Assembly (NCBI RefSeq): GCF_030144855.1
Contig: NC_082709.1
Location: 148,428,001-148,492,000, forward strand
Source of the DNA: Hypanus sabinus
Taxonomy: Eukaryota
Direction of reading: 5' to 3'
Length of the DNA: 64,000 nt
The position numbers were made by a program, and so were the translations under genes. This document shows, one piece after another, positions 1 through 12,859 of this stretch. Position 1 is the stretch's first letter. Every line of letters starts with the position of its first letter. A model generated the notes under the pieces. It saw only the letters and a list, made by a program, of their open reading frames with translations, was not told the DNA's origin and searched no databases.

Positions 1-573
1 ATGCCTAAAGTTTAAAAGGTCATTGCCAGCAGGTTCTTTACGATTCTGCTAGTTTGAGAATTAGTGGAGAGTGAAGATTGAAGTTCAGGAGTTAAAGATT
101 GAGGAGAATCGATTTCTACGGTGAAACGGGTTTCAACCTTTGTTTGATCCTTATTTGGAAGGATTTCATTGACTATTCTCGCATTAATCCCTGGGTTTAC
201 CAGAAAGGATTGAGGATAGTGAGGAGGGAAAGGTCAGTGCCTTTAAGCTGTTTCGTTTCGTAAATTCTTCGTGGGAAGTTTGACGCCGGGGATCGAAGCC
301 AAGCAACGTGAAAGAGAATTTACATCATCTTATAAAGTCTCTCCTTTTAAATGGACTGTGAGCATATCGAACTTTTGGCAATACCACTTTAAAGAACTGT
401 TTCTGCAATATCGCTTTAAGAACTGTTTGAGCTGCCGCACCGCTGTTGATTTCCAGTTACGCTAGTGTTTGTTTACTTTTGGGGGGTTTGTTTTCTGTGT
501 TTAATAAACGTGTTGTTTGTTATAAAAAACCCTTGCCGAACTCATATATTTATTGTTGCCTGAATACGTAACA
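1..573 (+). repeat. 5' LTR (partial) of Gypsy element
   Basis: Position 1 aligns to 5692; ends ...TACGTAACA at 573. Confidence 0.95.
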
Positions 574-579
574 TAAATA

Positions 580-598
580 TGGGGGCCTGCGTCCGGAT
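580..598 (+). promoter_or_regulatory. Primer-binding site, tRNA-Pro-like
   Basis: TGGGGGCCTGCGTCCGGAT just after the LTR; resembles canonical tRNA-Pro PBS TGGGGGCTCGTCCGGGAT. Confidence 0.7.
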
Positions 599-677
599 TG
601 GATCGTTTGAGTTTATATGCTTGCTAACTTTTGAATCGGTGTTTTGGAAGAGGGGAATGCTCGATTCTTTTGTGTGA

Positions 678-1793
678 TTGGCTTGTGAGTGGTATTCGGC
701 AACAATGAATATTGATGAGTTTCTGGCTTCACCAGATGCGGAGTTGTTAGCGAAGTCGAAAAAAACTGAGGTGTTTGAGATAGCTCGTAGATTGCAACTT
801 AAAGGTATTTTGCAGACTATATCTAAGGCTGTAATACAGAGAAAAATCGAGTCACACTATGTGGATTTGGGTGTTTTTGATGATTCGGTTTTAGAGTCGT
901 TTCCAATAAGTAATCTGGAGATGCAGTTGCAAATCGAACAAATGAGGTTGGAACAGAGTAAAGCTGATTTGGAGCATTGTAAATTGGAGGCGGATCAGAA
1001 GAAGAGGCAATTTGACTATGCAATGGAAGAATTAAGGTCTGGGAATCAGTCTGCTGGTTCAAGAAAACCGTTTGTTGCTAGTCAAGAAATTAAATTGGTC
1101 CCTCCATTTAGTGAAACAGAAGTGGAAAGATATTTTCAACATTTTGAAACTATTGCTCGGATGTCAGAGTGGCCGAAAGATAAATGGTCAGTGTTGTTAC
1201 AGAGTGTAATTAAAGGTGAAGCACAACAAGTTTACACAGCTTTAACTGCTGCGCAAGCACTTGAATATGATATTGTGAAGAGGCATATCTTAAACGCGTA
1301 CAAATTAGTCCCAGAAGCTTATAGGGAAAGATTCAGAAGTATGAAAAAGTCTGTGGAAAAAACTTATGTGGAATTTGCCTATGATAAAGCTATGTGTTTT
1401 GAGAGATGGGTTTCTTCTAAAAATGTAAATGGGGACTATGATACATTGAGAGAGCCGATTTTAATGGAGGAATTTAAAAGAAGCATTCCTGTTGAAGTAA
1501 GGACCTACTTAAATGAGAGGGATACTGATAAATTGCATGACTGTGCTAGATTAGCTGATGAGTATGTTTTAATCCATAAGAATAAATTTCCTCAGGGCAG
1601 AAATTTTAAGAGGAAAAATAACATCGAGACTCAAGGTAAATCAGAAATTAAATCAGAGGTTAATGAGAAAGGAAAGCCTGTGAAGGAAAGACAGTTTGGT
1701 CTTATTTGTAACTATTGTAAGAAGCCTGGCCATGTAATAGCTAACTGTTTCAGATTGAAAAAGAAAGAGAAGGAAGCATTTGCAGATGCTTGA
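678..1793 (+). CDS. gag: Gag (371 aa) with CCHC zinc knuckle
   Basis: CNYCKKPGHVIANC near the C-terminus; capsid-like FSETEVERYFQHFE...W block. Confidence 0.9.
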   Translation: MACEWYSATMNIDEFLASPDAELLAKSKKTEVFEIARRLQLKGILQTISKAVIQRKIESHYVDLGVFDDSVLESFPISNLEMQLQIEQMRLEQSKADLEHCKLEADQKKRQFDYAMEELRSGNQSAGSRKPFVASQEIKLVPPFSETEVERYFQHFETIARMSEWPKDKWSVLLQSVIKGEAQQVYTALTAAQALEYDIVKRHILNAYKLVPEAYRERFRSMKKSVEKTYVEFAYDKAMCFERWVSSKNVNGDYDTLREPILMEEFKRSIPVEVRTYLNERDTDKLHDCARLADEYVLIHKNKFPQGRNFKRKNNIETQGKSEIKSEVNEKGKPVKERQFGLICNYCKKPGHVIANCFRLKKKEKEAFADA

Positions 1794-3638
1794 GTGCAAC
1801 ATACTGAAGCACCTGTAAAGTTACAGGGTTTGATAAACACAAATGAGGCTTTGTTAGAGTCTGACCAAGTTAAAAAGGGATATGATCATTTTATAACTGA
1901 AGGGTTTGTATCCTTGAAAGAAGGATCTACTCTGGTGCCAATAAGAATCCTTCGGGATACTGGTGCTTCTCAATCACTGATGTTAGACAGTGTGTTGAAG
2001 TTTAATGAAGAGTCTGATACTGGTGAGGTAAATTACGTAAGAGGTGTTGGGAGTGATTTTATGCCTGTACATTTACATAAAGTAAATTTAAAGTCAGGGT
2101 TAGTTTCAGGATTTGTTAAAGTAGGATTACAGCATAGCTTACCTGTGAAGGGTATTTCTTTACTGTTAGGTAATGACTTGGCAGGTGGACAAGTTTTTCC
2201 TGAAGTGCATTTGACAATGGAGTCAGAGGAACCAGAGTTGAATTCTAACACAGATTCTTCCTGTGTTGTGACTAGAGCTATGGCTAAAAAGATTGATGTG
2301 CAGAATGAGGTTGTTACTCAGGACTGTTCAACTCAGGATTCAAGTTTTGAGGATGTGTCAGAGACTTTCTTATCTTCATTGTTTGAACAAGTTTCTGGGG
2401 GTAAGTCTGACTATGAAGATTTATCTCTGTCTCGGAAGGAGATGATAGCAGAGCAGAATAGAGACCCTGAGATTATAAAATTAAGAGAGCAGGCTTTACT
2501 AGATAGTGAAATTGAGAAGGTGCCAGTAGGATATTACTTGGAAAAAGGAGTGTTGATGAGGAAGTGGAGATCGCCTACAATTCCTGCAAGTGAGGATTGG
2601 AATGTTGTTTACCAGGTAGTTGTCCCGAAAGTTTATCAAAATGAGATTTTGACTTTAGCTTATAGTGTGCCTTTAGATGGACATCAAGGGGTAAGGAAAA
2701 CCGTGGACAAGATTTTAAAACATTTTTACTGGCCTGGTCTAAGAAAAGATGTGGCGATATTTTGTAAAACGTGCCATACTTGTCAAATTGTGGGTAAACC
2801 AAATCAGGTTACACCAGTAGCTCCATTGCAACCTATCCCAGCATTTGGTGAACCATTTTCTAAAGTTATTGTAGATTGTGTTGGTCCATTACCAAAGACA
2901 AAAACTGGTTTTCAGTATTTGTTGACTATCATGTGTACTTCGTCTAGGTTTCCAGAGGCAGTACCACTTAGGAATATAAAAGCTAAAACTGTGACAAAGG
3001 CTCTTATAAATTTTTTTACTTATTTTGGATTACCTAAGGAAATACAAACTGATCAAGGCAGTAATTTTATGTCTGGATTGTTTCAACAGATAGTTTATAA
3101 ATTGGGAGCTAAGCAAATCACTTCGTCTGCATACCATCCAGAATCGCAGGGTGCCTTGGAGAGGTTTCATTCTACCCTCAAGAATATGATTAGGACATTT
3201 TGTGTGGAAAATGAAAGTGACTGGAATGAGGGTATAAACTTATTTTTATTTGCAGTAAGGGAATCGGTACAGGAATCTTTAGGTTTTAGTCCATTTGAAC
3301 TTGTGTTTGGGCATAGAGTTAGAAGACCTTTAGCTTTATTGAAAGAACAGTGGATTAGTAAGGAAGTACACATTAATTTGTTGGACTATGTTTTGAAATT
3401 TAAGGACAGGTTACATAAAGCTTATAGCTTAGCTAAGGAAAATTTAAAGTTGGCTCAGGAGAAAATGAAGACTTGGTATGATAAAGAAGCTAGGATGAGG
3501 ATGTTTAAGCCTGGAGATAAGGTGTTGGTTCTTTTCCCAGTGCAGACAAATCCTTTACAAGCTAGATTTCATGGTCCTTATGAAATTGTGTCTAAAATCA
3601 ATGATGTGGATTACATGATTAAAAACTCCAGATCATAG
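1794..3638 (+). pseudogene. pol: Pol part 1: protease + integrase, in frame with gag behind one TGA
   Basis: ILRDTGASQSL protease; GHQG...CHTC zinc-binding motif; IVDCVGP/TDQGSNF/ERF DDE core; GPY motif; ends at a +1 frameshift. Confidence 0.9.
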
Positions 3639-5226
3639 AAGGTCAACACAACTTTGCCATATAAATATGATAAAACCATATTTTAAGAAACAATCTGATA
3701 CTGTGACAGTTGTGGTTAGTGAGAATGAGTTTGATTTAACTAGGAACATGATAGATGATTCATCTGACTTTCATTCTAAATCCAACATTGTTTCTGTTAG
3801 GTTACCAAATTCAACCATTCTGGAAAATATTGATGAGACATTAGCACATTTACAGCTAGAGCAGAAACAACAGATGAAGGAGTTAATTTTTAAATATAAG
3901 GAGTTGTTTCCAGATGTTCCGAGAAGGACTACTATAGCTTCACATGATGTAGATGTTGGAGATGCCAAACCTATTAAACAACATCCATATAGGATGAACA
4001 TAGAAAAATGTGAACTTGCTGAGAAAGAAATTGAATATATGTTAGAGAATAATATCATTAGACATTCTAACTCGAGTTGGAGTTCGCCATGCATTATGTT
4101 GCCAAAGCCAGATGGTAGTATTAGGTTTTGTACGGATTATAGGAAGGTGAATGCTGTAACGAAAACAGATGCAGATCCAATTCCTAGAGTAGATGATTGT
4201 GTAGATAAAGTCGGAAAAGCAAAGTTCATTACAAAGATTGATTTATTGAAAGGGTATTGGTGTGCTCCATTAACGGACAGAGGTAGAGAGATTTCTGCAT
4301 TTGTAACTCCATCTGGGTTATATGAGTATAATGTTCTTCCATTTGGGATGAAGAATGCCCCAGGTACTTTCCAGAGGATGATTAACTCTGTGATTCAGGG
4401 ATTGAAAGATACTGATGCTTATATTGATGATTTAGTGACAGGAAATGATACTTGGGAAGCACACATTATTGCGATGGAAAAATTGTTTGAAAGGCTTTCA
4501 AAAGCTAACTTAACTATTAATTTAGCTAAGAGTGAATTTGGACATGCCACTGTGACTTATCTTGGTTATGTTGGGGGTCAAGGTAAGGTAGCTCCTGTTC
4601 AGGCAAAAGTTCAGGCAATTTTAGAGATTCCCACTCCAACGGGGAAAAAAACTCTCAGAAGATTTTTGGGAATGGTAGGATATTATCGGAAATTTTGTAA
4701 GAATTTTGCTAATGTTGCTCTTCCATTAACTAACCTTCTGCAGAAGAATGAGAAGTTTGTGTGGACAGTGCCTTGTCAAGAAGCGTTTGAAAAATTGAAA
4801 ACAATGATATGTCAACAACCTGTGCTTAAGGCACCTGACTTTGAAAAACCTTTTCCATTGGCTGTGGATGCTAGTGATGAGGCTGCAGGAGCAGTATTGA
4901 TGCAAAGGAATGAGGGTGATGAGGTTGATCATCCAGTAGATTACTTTTCTAAGAAATTTAATAAGCATCAAAGAAACTATTCGACAATAGAGAAAGAATT
5001 GTTATCTCTTGTTTTAGCTTTGGAATATTTTGAGGTATATGTTGGTACAACTCAAAAACCACTTATTGTTTACACTGATCATAATCCGTTAGTTTTTCTG
5101 AGTAAAATGAAAAACAAAAACAGAAGATTATTAAATTGGAGTTTGATGTTACAAGAGTACAATATTGTGATAACTCATATTAAAGGTAAAGATAATGTGG
5201 TTGCTGATTGTCTATCTCCATGTTGA
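3626..5226 (+). pseudogene. pol: Pol part 2: reverse transcriptase + RNase H
   Basis: PFGMKNAPGTFQR, YIDD, VDASD, YTDHNPL. Removing one A from the A5 run at 3621-3625 joins it to part 1 as ...YMIKTPDHRRSTQLCHINMIKPY. Confidence 0.9.
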
Positions 5227-5411
5227 ATGTACACTGTAATTTTTTTTATGGAGTGTTTTTTTTTCAATTGTAACACTCCTACTGTATTGTGAGTTATAAG
5301 CTGTTATATGATGGTATTGTATATTGTGTATGTTATAAAATTTATACCTTTGTTTTTCTTGTAAGCAATTGTTAAAAATTTTTGTTCTTGTCAGACCAAA
5401 AATGTTTTTTT

Positions 5412-5420
5412 GGAGGGAGG
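5412..5420 (+). promoter_or_regulatory. Polypurine tract
   Basis: GGAGGGAGG directly before TGTTACGTA. Confidence 0.85.
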
Positions 5421-6245
5421 TGTTACGTACTTGTGACACATGACAGTGGTACCCTTGTCACGTGACTGGGGTTGAAGCTATACTGGACTTGAGGTAATGG
5501 TCTTGTGATGGTGGAGTGACGTCATTTTCCCGCCAGTAGAGATCATGTGACAGGTTTTTTTTCAGGTTATAAAAGGAAGACCCCACCCTGTGAGGAGGGG
5601 CAGTTCGTGGCTGGATTTGCCAAGTTGACCTCATGCCACTGCGTGATTTAATGTGATGACGCAGTTTAGTTGAAAGATGAAGTTTTATCTAATGCCTAAA
5701 GTTTAAAAGGTCATTGCCAGCAGGTTCTTTACGATTCTGCTAGTTTGAGAATTAGTGGAGAGTGAAGATTGAAGTTCAGGAGTTAAAGATTGAGGAGAAT
5801 CGATTTCTACGGTGAAAAGGGTTTCAACCTTTGTTTGATCCTTATTTGGAAGGATTTCGTTGACTATTCCCACGTTAATCCTTGGGTTTACCAGAAAGGA
5901 TTGAAGGTAGTGAGGAAGGAAAGGTCAGTGCCTTTAAGCCGTTTCGTTTCGTAAATTCTTCGTGGGAAGTTCAACGCCGGGGATCGAAGCCAAGCGACGT
6001 GAAAGAGAATTTATATCGTCTTATAAAGTCTCTCCTTTTAAATGGACTGTGAGCATATCGAAATTTTGGCAATACCACTTTAAAGAACTGTTTTTGCAAT
6101 ATCGCTTTAAGAACTGTTTGAGCTGCCGCACCGCGGTTGATTTCCAGTTACGTTAGTGTTTGTTTACTGTGTTTAATAAACGTGTTGTTTGTTATAAAAA
6201 ACCCTTGCCGAACTCATATATTTAATGTTGCCTGAATACGTAACA
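5421..6245 (+). repeat. 3' LTR (825 bp)
   Basis: TGTTACGTA...TACGTAACA inverted termini; 19-bp deletion relative to the 5' LTR. Confidence 0.95.
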
Positions 6246-6249
6246 GTGG

Positions 6250-6960
6250 TCATGCTTTGATCATGAAGGTCCATTGTGAATATTCTTTGGCTTTTCACTA
6301 TTGAATTGCCATAGATGGGGCAGGTAAGTGGTTGATGGGAAAGGTGAGTGGAACCTTGAGGTTCTCAATATATTGCTCATTCCCTGCTTTGAGTAGTCAT
6401 GGCTAGAGTCCACAAGAGTCAATGGGGAGCGGGGGGCATTGCATTTCTTCCAGAAGGCTATGAGGACATTTTCAAACCAAAAACAGGTGCAGGCCAGCCT
6501 AGATGACTCAGTGTAATTAAAGCCTCAAAACTGGAGATGTTGGCCTGGGAAAAGACTGGTTTGCTTTCTCTTCATGTGGATTTGGAGAACTCTGTGGAAT
6601 TTCTATTTTTCCAGAGTCTTCAGTTGTCTGCACTAGGTATGCAGATCTCTGAAGTATCGTGTGTTGGAGCGTGGGAATCAGTGTTGCCCGGTAGACAATG
6701 ATCTTAGTGTAAGGTTTGAGTTTATGCCCTTCTCAGTTGATCAAAGGTTGTGCTTTGCATAGAAAGCAGAGGAAGATTGTGGAAAACACCCACACAGTTT
6801 CCCAGCCTATACCCATGTTTTGTTCTTGAAACAATGATATTAGTTGAGGTCAGTGGCTGAGAGGACTGTTACAAACTCAGTAGCCTCCATGTGTAGGCTC
6901 ATTGTTTGCATATGGGTCAGATTCAGATTAGCTGCTGCTTGGAAATACTGATGTTTATTG
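6250..6960 (-). mobile_element. Degenerate RTE-clade LINE 3' fragment
   Basis: Reverse strand gives a decayed KIIVYRA.LIPTL... block typical of the RTE RT C-terminus; many stops. Confidence 0.55.
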
Positions 6961-9133
6961 ATTTTTCAGATGTGCAAATCAATTGTTTGAGTCTCAGGTG
7001 AATAATTGTAAATAAAAATCTTAGCAAGCTTAAAACACAAGAAGCCAACCATTCAGCCCATAATTATAAAAGAGCTAGGCAGCCTATTTCCACCCACCGG
7101 CGGATGGGCCATCAGTGCAGTACACCACAGCTCTTGCAATGCAGATCGAAGGACTTCAAGAAAGTTGCAAGAATTTCTACCTGTACCACTCTTTCAGGCA
7201 GCGACTTCCAGTACTCTGTGTTTTTGACCACTATGCAAAGGACGATGTACTGTATTTCTTTTATATTTTTCTATTTTTTTCTGAATCTTGGTCATCTATA
7301 ATCTCTTGACGCATCCTGACCTGAAAAACAAACCCTTGTCTTGTATATTTATTCCAATTGACTTCATGGGTACTTCCAGAAATTGCTCAGTTACTTTTTA
7401 TTTTGCATTTCCACATAAAGAAAGAAAAAGGCTTGTGCCTATGTTGTGCTTTATACAACTCAGGATGTTGTGAGGCATTCTCAGGAATGTGGAGCATCCA
7501 TCATTCATGCTATATGCTTCATGACCTCTCCATGCAAAGATACTGGCAAAAGCCAACATCTAATACTGTTTAAACGTGGTGAGCATTTCTGCTTCTGCCA
7601 CCCCTTCAGGCAATTAGTTCCAGTCCTATAGGAACACATAACATGCTGTAAAATTACAGCAGCGGGACAAAGACCAGCAGAGGTTAAGCCACCAGCTTCA
7701 TCGCCAAGCAGGTTGGAGGAGGAAGAATTTAACTAGGCAGGCAAAAAAGTGCTCCCTATTGAATGACTCTTCTCCTAAGATGCCTTCAAAATTCCTTTCC
7801 AGACCAATTGACCCCTTCCACACTTCAAAACCATTTCACCATTATTGGGCGAGAAGACCCTTGGTGACGTATAGTAATTTCTCACATCTTCCGACACAGA
7901 GCGTTGAAAGTAGGAGCAAGATGTGACTGTTCATCTAGAACATGGCAAGTTTTCCACCTCAGCCCCCTTTTCCTCTGCTGTCTAATACTTCCTCAACACT
8001 CAGAAATCTGCCTCTGTCTCTGTTTTGGATTCACTCATGAACTGAACTGCCAAAGCTCTTAGGACAAGAGGACTTCAGAGCTTCACCACGGTCTGCATGA
8101 AGAAATTTACCTTTGTGTAAGTAATAAATATAACTCCTGGTTCTAGACTCAACAGCCAAGGGAAACAACCTCCCATGCATCCACTTTGTGCAGCTCTATA
8201 CTTATTTTCTAATGAGATTATCTCTCATTCTTCTAAACTGAGTGGATTTTCATAGAAGATCTTGGACCTGAAATGCTAACTGTTTCTTTTTCCTCACAGT
8301 TTTTGTTTGAGCTGCTGATTGTTTCTCTTTTATTTTCTATTTCTGGTGCCATCAGATATATTGCTTTCAGCCTTTTTGTGTTGAGAGTACCATGTTGAAG
8401 CACAGTTTTTTCATTCCCTGTGGCTTCAGTTACCGAGTCAGTGCTGTTGGGTGTTTGTGATGTTCATCATCTTCATCACCATCCCTTACCTCATCCTCTT
8501 GCGGAAGGGACTTTTCCTGCTGCTCCTGCTCCAATTGTTGGGAATACGGGAAAAGGAAACTGGAGCCTTTTATGCAAGTCATTAGAGATGAAACACAAGT
8601 GATTGGTTTTGTAAGATGGAACCAAATTATCTTTGATACGGCAGCGTACATGGGAGTGAGGTTTTCTACTGTTGATCAGAAAGCATCACTGTGATCCATG
8701 TAGCATCTGCTCCAGTGGTCTCAGTCTGTTGCTCCTCAGCCTCTCAGAGACAAGATGGTCTCCTCTAGCCTAGAGATCTGCTCCACACCAGATGGCCCCT
8801 TTTCAAATGGCTAGCCATTCCTCTCTGCCTTAGTCTGAAAGGAGGAGATGAAGGACGTTGAGTCATTATCCTGCCTAGAAAGACCTGAGCTCAATGTGGG
8901 TGGTGTAAGGAGTAGGAAGTCAAGGGAAGGGTGTGGTGCAGAACAGATGAATGTTGGGATTAGGGATAGATTAATATTTTGTGTGACTAACAATCTGTCT
9001 GTCTCTAAGTAAACAAGAACAAAAAAATGGGTTTCTTGTGTAAACCTCAGCTTGACATATCCTGTAAGAACATGAAATTTCTCTTGGCAGTGCTCCCTTG
9101 TATGATTATTCTCACTCCTGGCTGATAGATCAA

Positions 9134-9975
9134 TCAAAGTTCAAAGTAAATTTTATTGTCAGAGTGTAGCGGTGTGTTACACGCAGCGCTAAAATAACGA
9201 CACGGAGTCGGTAAACTGCAGTCAAAGATAACTTAATTCAAACTACACTGCCTTGCTTTTAAGCCTCCCTCAACCTGCCCCCCGTGGGCGCAGATGCTCC
9301 ACAAGACATGTACTCACAAACCCCCATAGGCTATCTCCCTTAGCCGGAACACTGACTAATTGTGAGCCAGTTTGGATGTGCCCGGAAATGGGTCACCACG
9401 AGAGTACATATACAGTATGTCACCATAAACAACGTTGAGTCATTTTCCTACAGGCATGCTCAGCAATTGTATAGAATAATAGCTATGACAGGATCAATGA
9501 CAGATCATCTAGAGTGAAGACAATAACCTCTGCAAACGCAAATATAAATAAACAGCAATAAATAACAAGAACCAGAGATAACAAGATAAAATGTCCTCAA
9601 AGTGAGATCATTGGTGATCAATGATGGGCAAGTGAGTGTAGTGAGCCTGATGGTTGTGGGACGGTAACTGTTCTTGAACCTGGTGTGAGTCCTGAGGTGC
9701 TTGCATCTTCTATCTGATGGCAGCAGTGAGGAAAGAGCATGACCTGGGTGCCGGTGATCTTTGTTAACGGATGCAGCTTTCCTATGACAGCATTTCATGT
9801 CAGTGTGCTCAACGGTTGGAGGGGCTTTACCAGTGATGAACTGGGCCGAATCCACCACCTTTAGTAGAATTTTAATATCAAGGTGTTGGCATTTCCATAC
9901 CAGGCCATGATGCAGCCACTCAATACCCCTCCACCAAACATCTATAATAGTTTGTCAAAAGTGTAAGATGTCATG
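9134..9975 (-). mobile_element. Rex1/Babar LINE 3' fragment (split by a solo LTR)
   Basis: VDSAQFITGK...HPGHALSSLLPSDRR...RFKNSY; TTCAAAG-type tail at the left. Confidence 0.8.
9165..9400 (-). mobile_element. Solo LTR, 236 bp, 4-bp TSD AGAG
   Basis: AGAG at 9161-9164 and 9401-9404; termini TGTAGCGG...CACCACG; removal restores the LINE tail. Confidence 0.8.
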
Positions 9976-10164
9976 TCACATCTCTTGATCTTGCAGTGGG
10001 TCTCCTGGGCTCTATATTTTGCAGTGGATCACTCTATATCTATTTATTTACTCCCCAATATTTTGATAACCCCTTGCTGAAAATCTCAGATCTTTTTCCT
10101 GCTGCCTTTCTCCCTCAATGAGAGATATTAGGTGTATTAAGCACAGATACCCCTCAAGATTGTT

Positions 10165-10960
10165 CAATGTCATTTCCTGTGCACAAGTGGAAGGAGAACG
10201 AACTAATTGTTATTCTGGGTCCAATGCAACCAAAAAAAAACAGCCACAAAAGATACAGAACAAAATAATGTTACAAAACAATAAATATAGATACATAAGA
10301 TAGCTTATACGCATAGATTGATGGTATGTCCATAAAATGCTGCTAGATTGGGGCAGTCGATCTTTGATTCTTTTATGGTTATTATTCTATTATAGATTTA
10401 TTGAGTATGTCTGTGAAAAATTGAATCTTGTACTTTGATAATAAACTTACTTTCAACTGTTGAACTTTGAACATAAGGTGATTGATGGGAACTAATGCTG
10501 GTGTGGAGTGGGGGCTGGTGTTGATCAGCCTTATAGCTTAGGGAAAGCAACAGTTTATGAGTCTGGTGGCCTTGGCATGGATATTACGTAGCCTCCTCCC
10601 TGATCGGAGTGAGACAAACAGTCCATGAGCACTGTAGGAAGGATTCTTCATGAGGTTACTGCTCCTCTTCCAGCACCTTTCTCTATATATGTCCTTGATG
10701 GTGGGTAGGGCATTGCCAGTGATGCATTGGGCAGTTTTGACTACCCATTGTAGAGTCTTCCTGTCTGCCACAGTGCAGCTTCTGTACCAAGCGGTGATGG
10801 AGTTCGTTAGGATGCTCTCTGCTATACATCTGTAGAATGGCGTGAGTATGGGTGTGCAAAGTCCAGCTCTCTTCAGCCCCCTTCAGAGGCAGTGTGTAGC
10901 AGATTGTGCACAGCTGGAGTGTTTTGGATGTGGTCCTGTTAGGAAACACCCAATTCCAGC
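10165..10960 (-). mobile_element. Rex1/Babar LINE 3' fragments
   Basis: DRKTLQWVVKTAQCITG...SGRRLR...RLINCCFP plus tail. Confidence 0.75.
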
Positions 10961-11869
10961 TTTAGGGCACATTTTCGTGTCCATAACGTGCTGCTCTTAA
11001 GAAAATTTTGTTCTATTTTGCAAACTTTTGTTCGGAAAACAAATGAATGCCAGTTCCATGTACACCACATTTTTAGCATGCCAAAAATCCCATTTTTAAG
11101 CCAATTGATATAGTTGAGTCCATTCTATTTCATCATATAAAACCAATACAATATAAAACACTATTAAAATATACTGTTTATATAAGTAAAACATGATGAA
11201 AGGTCTCCCCCCAAAGCATCAATGTTTTTTCCTTTTTATAGATGCTGTCTGACCTGCTGAATTGCCCCAGCAATTTTGTGTGTATTACTCTAGATTTATA
11301 GCATCTGCAGAATCTCTTCTATTTGTATAAATATCAATTCCATACAATGTTTAACTCAAGATATTTTAGTCATTTCTTTGGTTGTATAATGTAGCACAAC
11401 AAAAGAAATTACGTTGGCCTTGAGTTTATATTGTACAATGATTGTGTAAGGCAGAGACATTTTTACTAATTGCAAATGATGTATTAGCTTTCACATTCAC
11501 ACTCATAACTGTAAGTTACAGGTGTTTAAAGTGACCTTGATACCAAAATGCACTTTTAAAATAAATAGTATATCTAACATTAGCTAATGTAGGCTGTAAG
11601 GCTGCATGCTGGCAGTATAGTCAGATAAGAGTTAAAGGGAAATTCATTTATAAATAATATTGCTTCATCCTTGGCAATTGAAATAAAATATATGGAAATA
11701 CAGCTCAATTGTAAAATTATCATAGGCAAAATAATTTGAGGTTTTATCACTAGTTCATTTTAAGGTACATCTATGTAATGTTTTGAATAAAGTGCCTTTA
11801 TAATGCTATTAACTGATCTTATTTGTGTTTTCTATTAGTTCTTTACCTCAATTTTGGGTGGAATACCTT

Positions 11870-12085
11870 TGATGCACCATCAATAACTCACTCTGAGACA
11901 TAAGGCGAGATATCGGCTTTTATTGACTAGAAGAAGGAACCAGAAGTGAGTGTCCATCATACTATGTCCTGGAGACTGAGGCCGAGCGTCAGGCCTCAGA
12001 TCGCCTTTATACAGGGGCCTGTGGGAGGAGCCACAGGAGCAGTCAGCAGGGGGCGTGTCCAGACAGGCACACGTAGTTCACCACA
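11870..12085 (-). mobile_element. Solo LTR, 216 bp, 5-bp TSD ACCTT
   Basis: Minus strand TGTGGTG...TGCATCA with TATAAA and AATAAA; ACCTT at 11865-11869 and 12086-12090. Confidence 0.9.
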
Positions 12086-12509
12086 ACCTTATCAAACATC
12101 ATGGCTGCAACCAGAAGATAAAGACTTTGACAAATTTCTTCATTTATTATGTATTCTGTATGACCTGAACCAAGAATGAATCAAAACATTTATTGATCAA
12201 TATCCCATACATCAAATTGATCTGGAAACCAATGTGTCTTTACAAACTGCAAATGACTTCAAAATACTCCCCCACCTGAATTTTGAGTTATGCAATTTTT
12301 ATGGAACTTACCTCCACCAATTCCATTTTCCTTATCTATTATACAAATGCGTGTAAGGGAATCAAGGTGGAGAAGGTTAGTGCATGTAAGTGGAGCTGAA
12401 GTACATAATCAGCCATGAACCTGTGGCAGACGAAGGATTAAATGGTCTAACTTATTTTATGTTTGTTTCACATTAAACTTTTTCACTTTGTTTTTACTTT
12501 TCTTTACAT

Positions 12510-12765
12510 GGTGGCATAGCAGTAAGCACAACACTTTTCAGTACTGACAACCCAGGTTCAATTCCCGCTGCTGCCTGTAAGGAGTTTGTTTATTCTTCCT
12601 GTGACCACGTGGGTTTCCTCTGGCTGCTCTGGTCTCCTCCTGCAGTCCAAAGACTTACCGGTTGGAAATTGTAAATTGTCCCGAAATTCGGCTAGGGGTA
12701 AATCAAGAGCTGCTGAGTGGTGTGGCTCAAAGGTCCTGTTCTGTGCCTTATCTCAGTAAATAAAT
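12510..12765 (+). mobile_element. tRNA-derived SINE (V-SINE/HE1-like)
   Basis: GGTGGCATAGC A-box, GGTTCAATTCCC B-box, GGAGTTTG...GTGGGTTTCCTC central domain. Confidence 0.75.
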
Positions 12766-12859
12766 GTTGATGCCAATAGGATCAGAGTTCAAACCTGCAA
12801 GTTAAAAGATCATGGTTTCATGCAGACTGGAATCTCAGAACTTACTTATTTACTGAGAG

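Larger units (their letters stand above)
1..6245 (+). mobile_element. Gmr1-type Ty3/Gypsy LTR retrotransposon (5' LTR runs off the window)
   Basis: Two LTR copies, a PBS, gag with a CCHC knuckle, protease (RDTGASQS), integrase, then RT (YIDD) and RNase H, and a PPT before the 3' LTR. Integrase before RT is the defining Gmr1-clade order. Confidence 0.95.

Noticed and set aside
271-465. 64-aa ORF duplicated at 5962-6156
   Set aside because: Lies inside the two LTRs; the duplication reflects LTR identity; GTG start and no motif.
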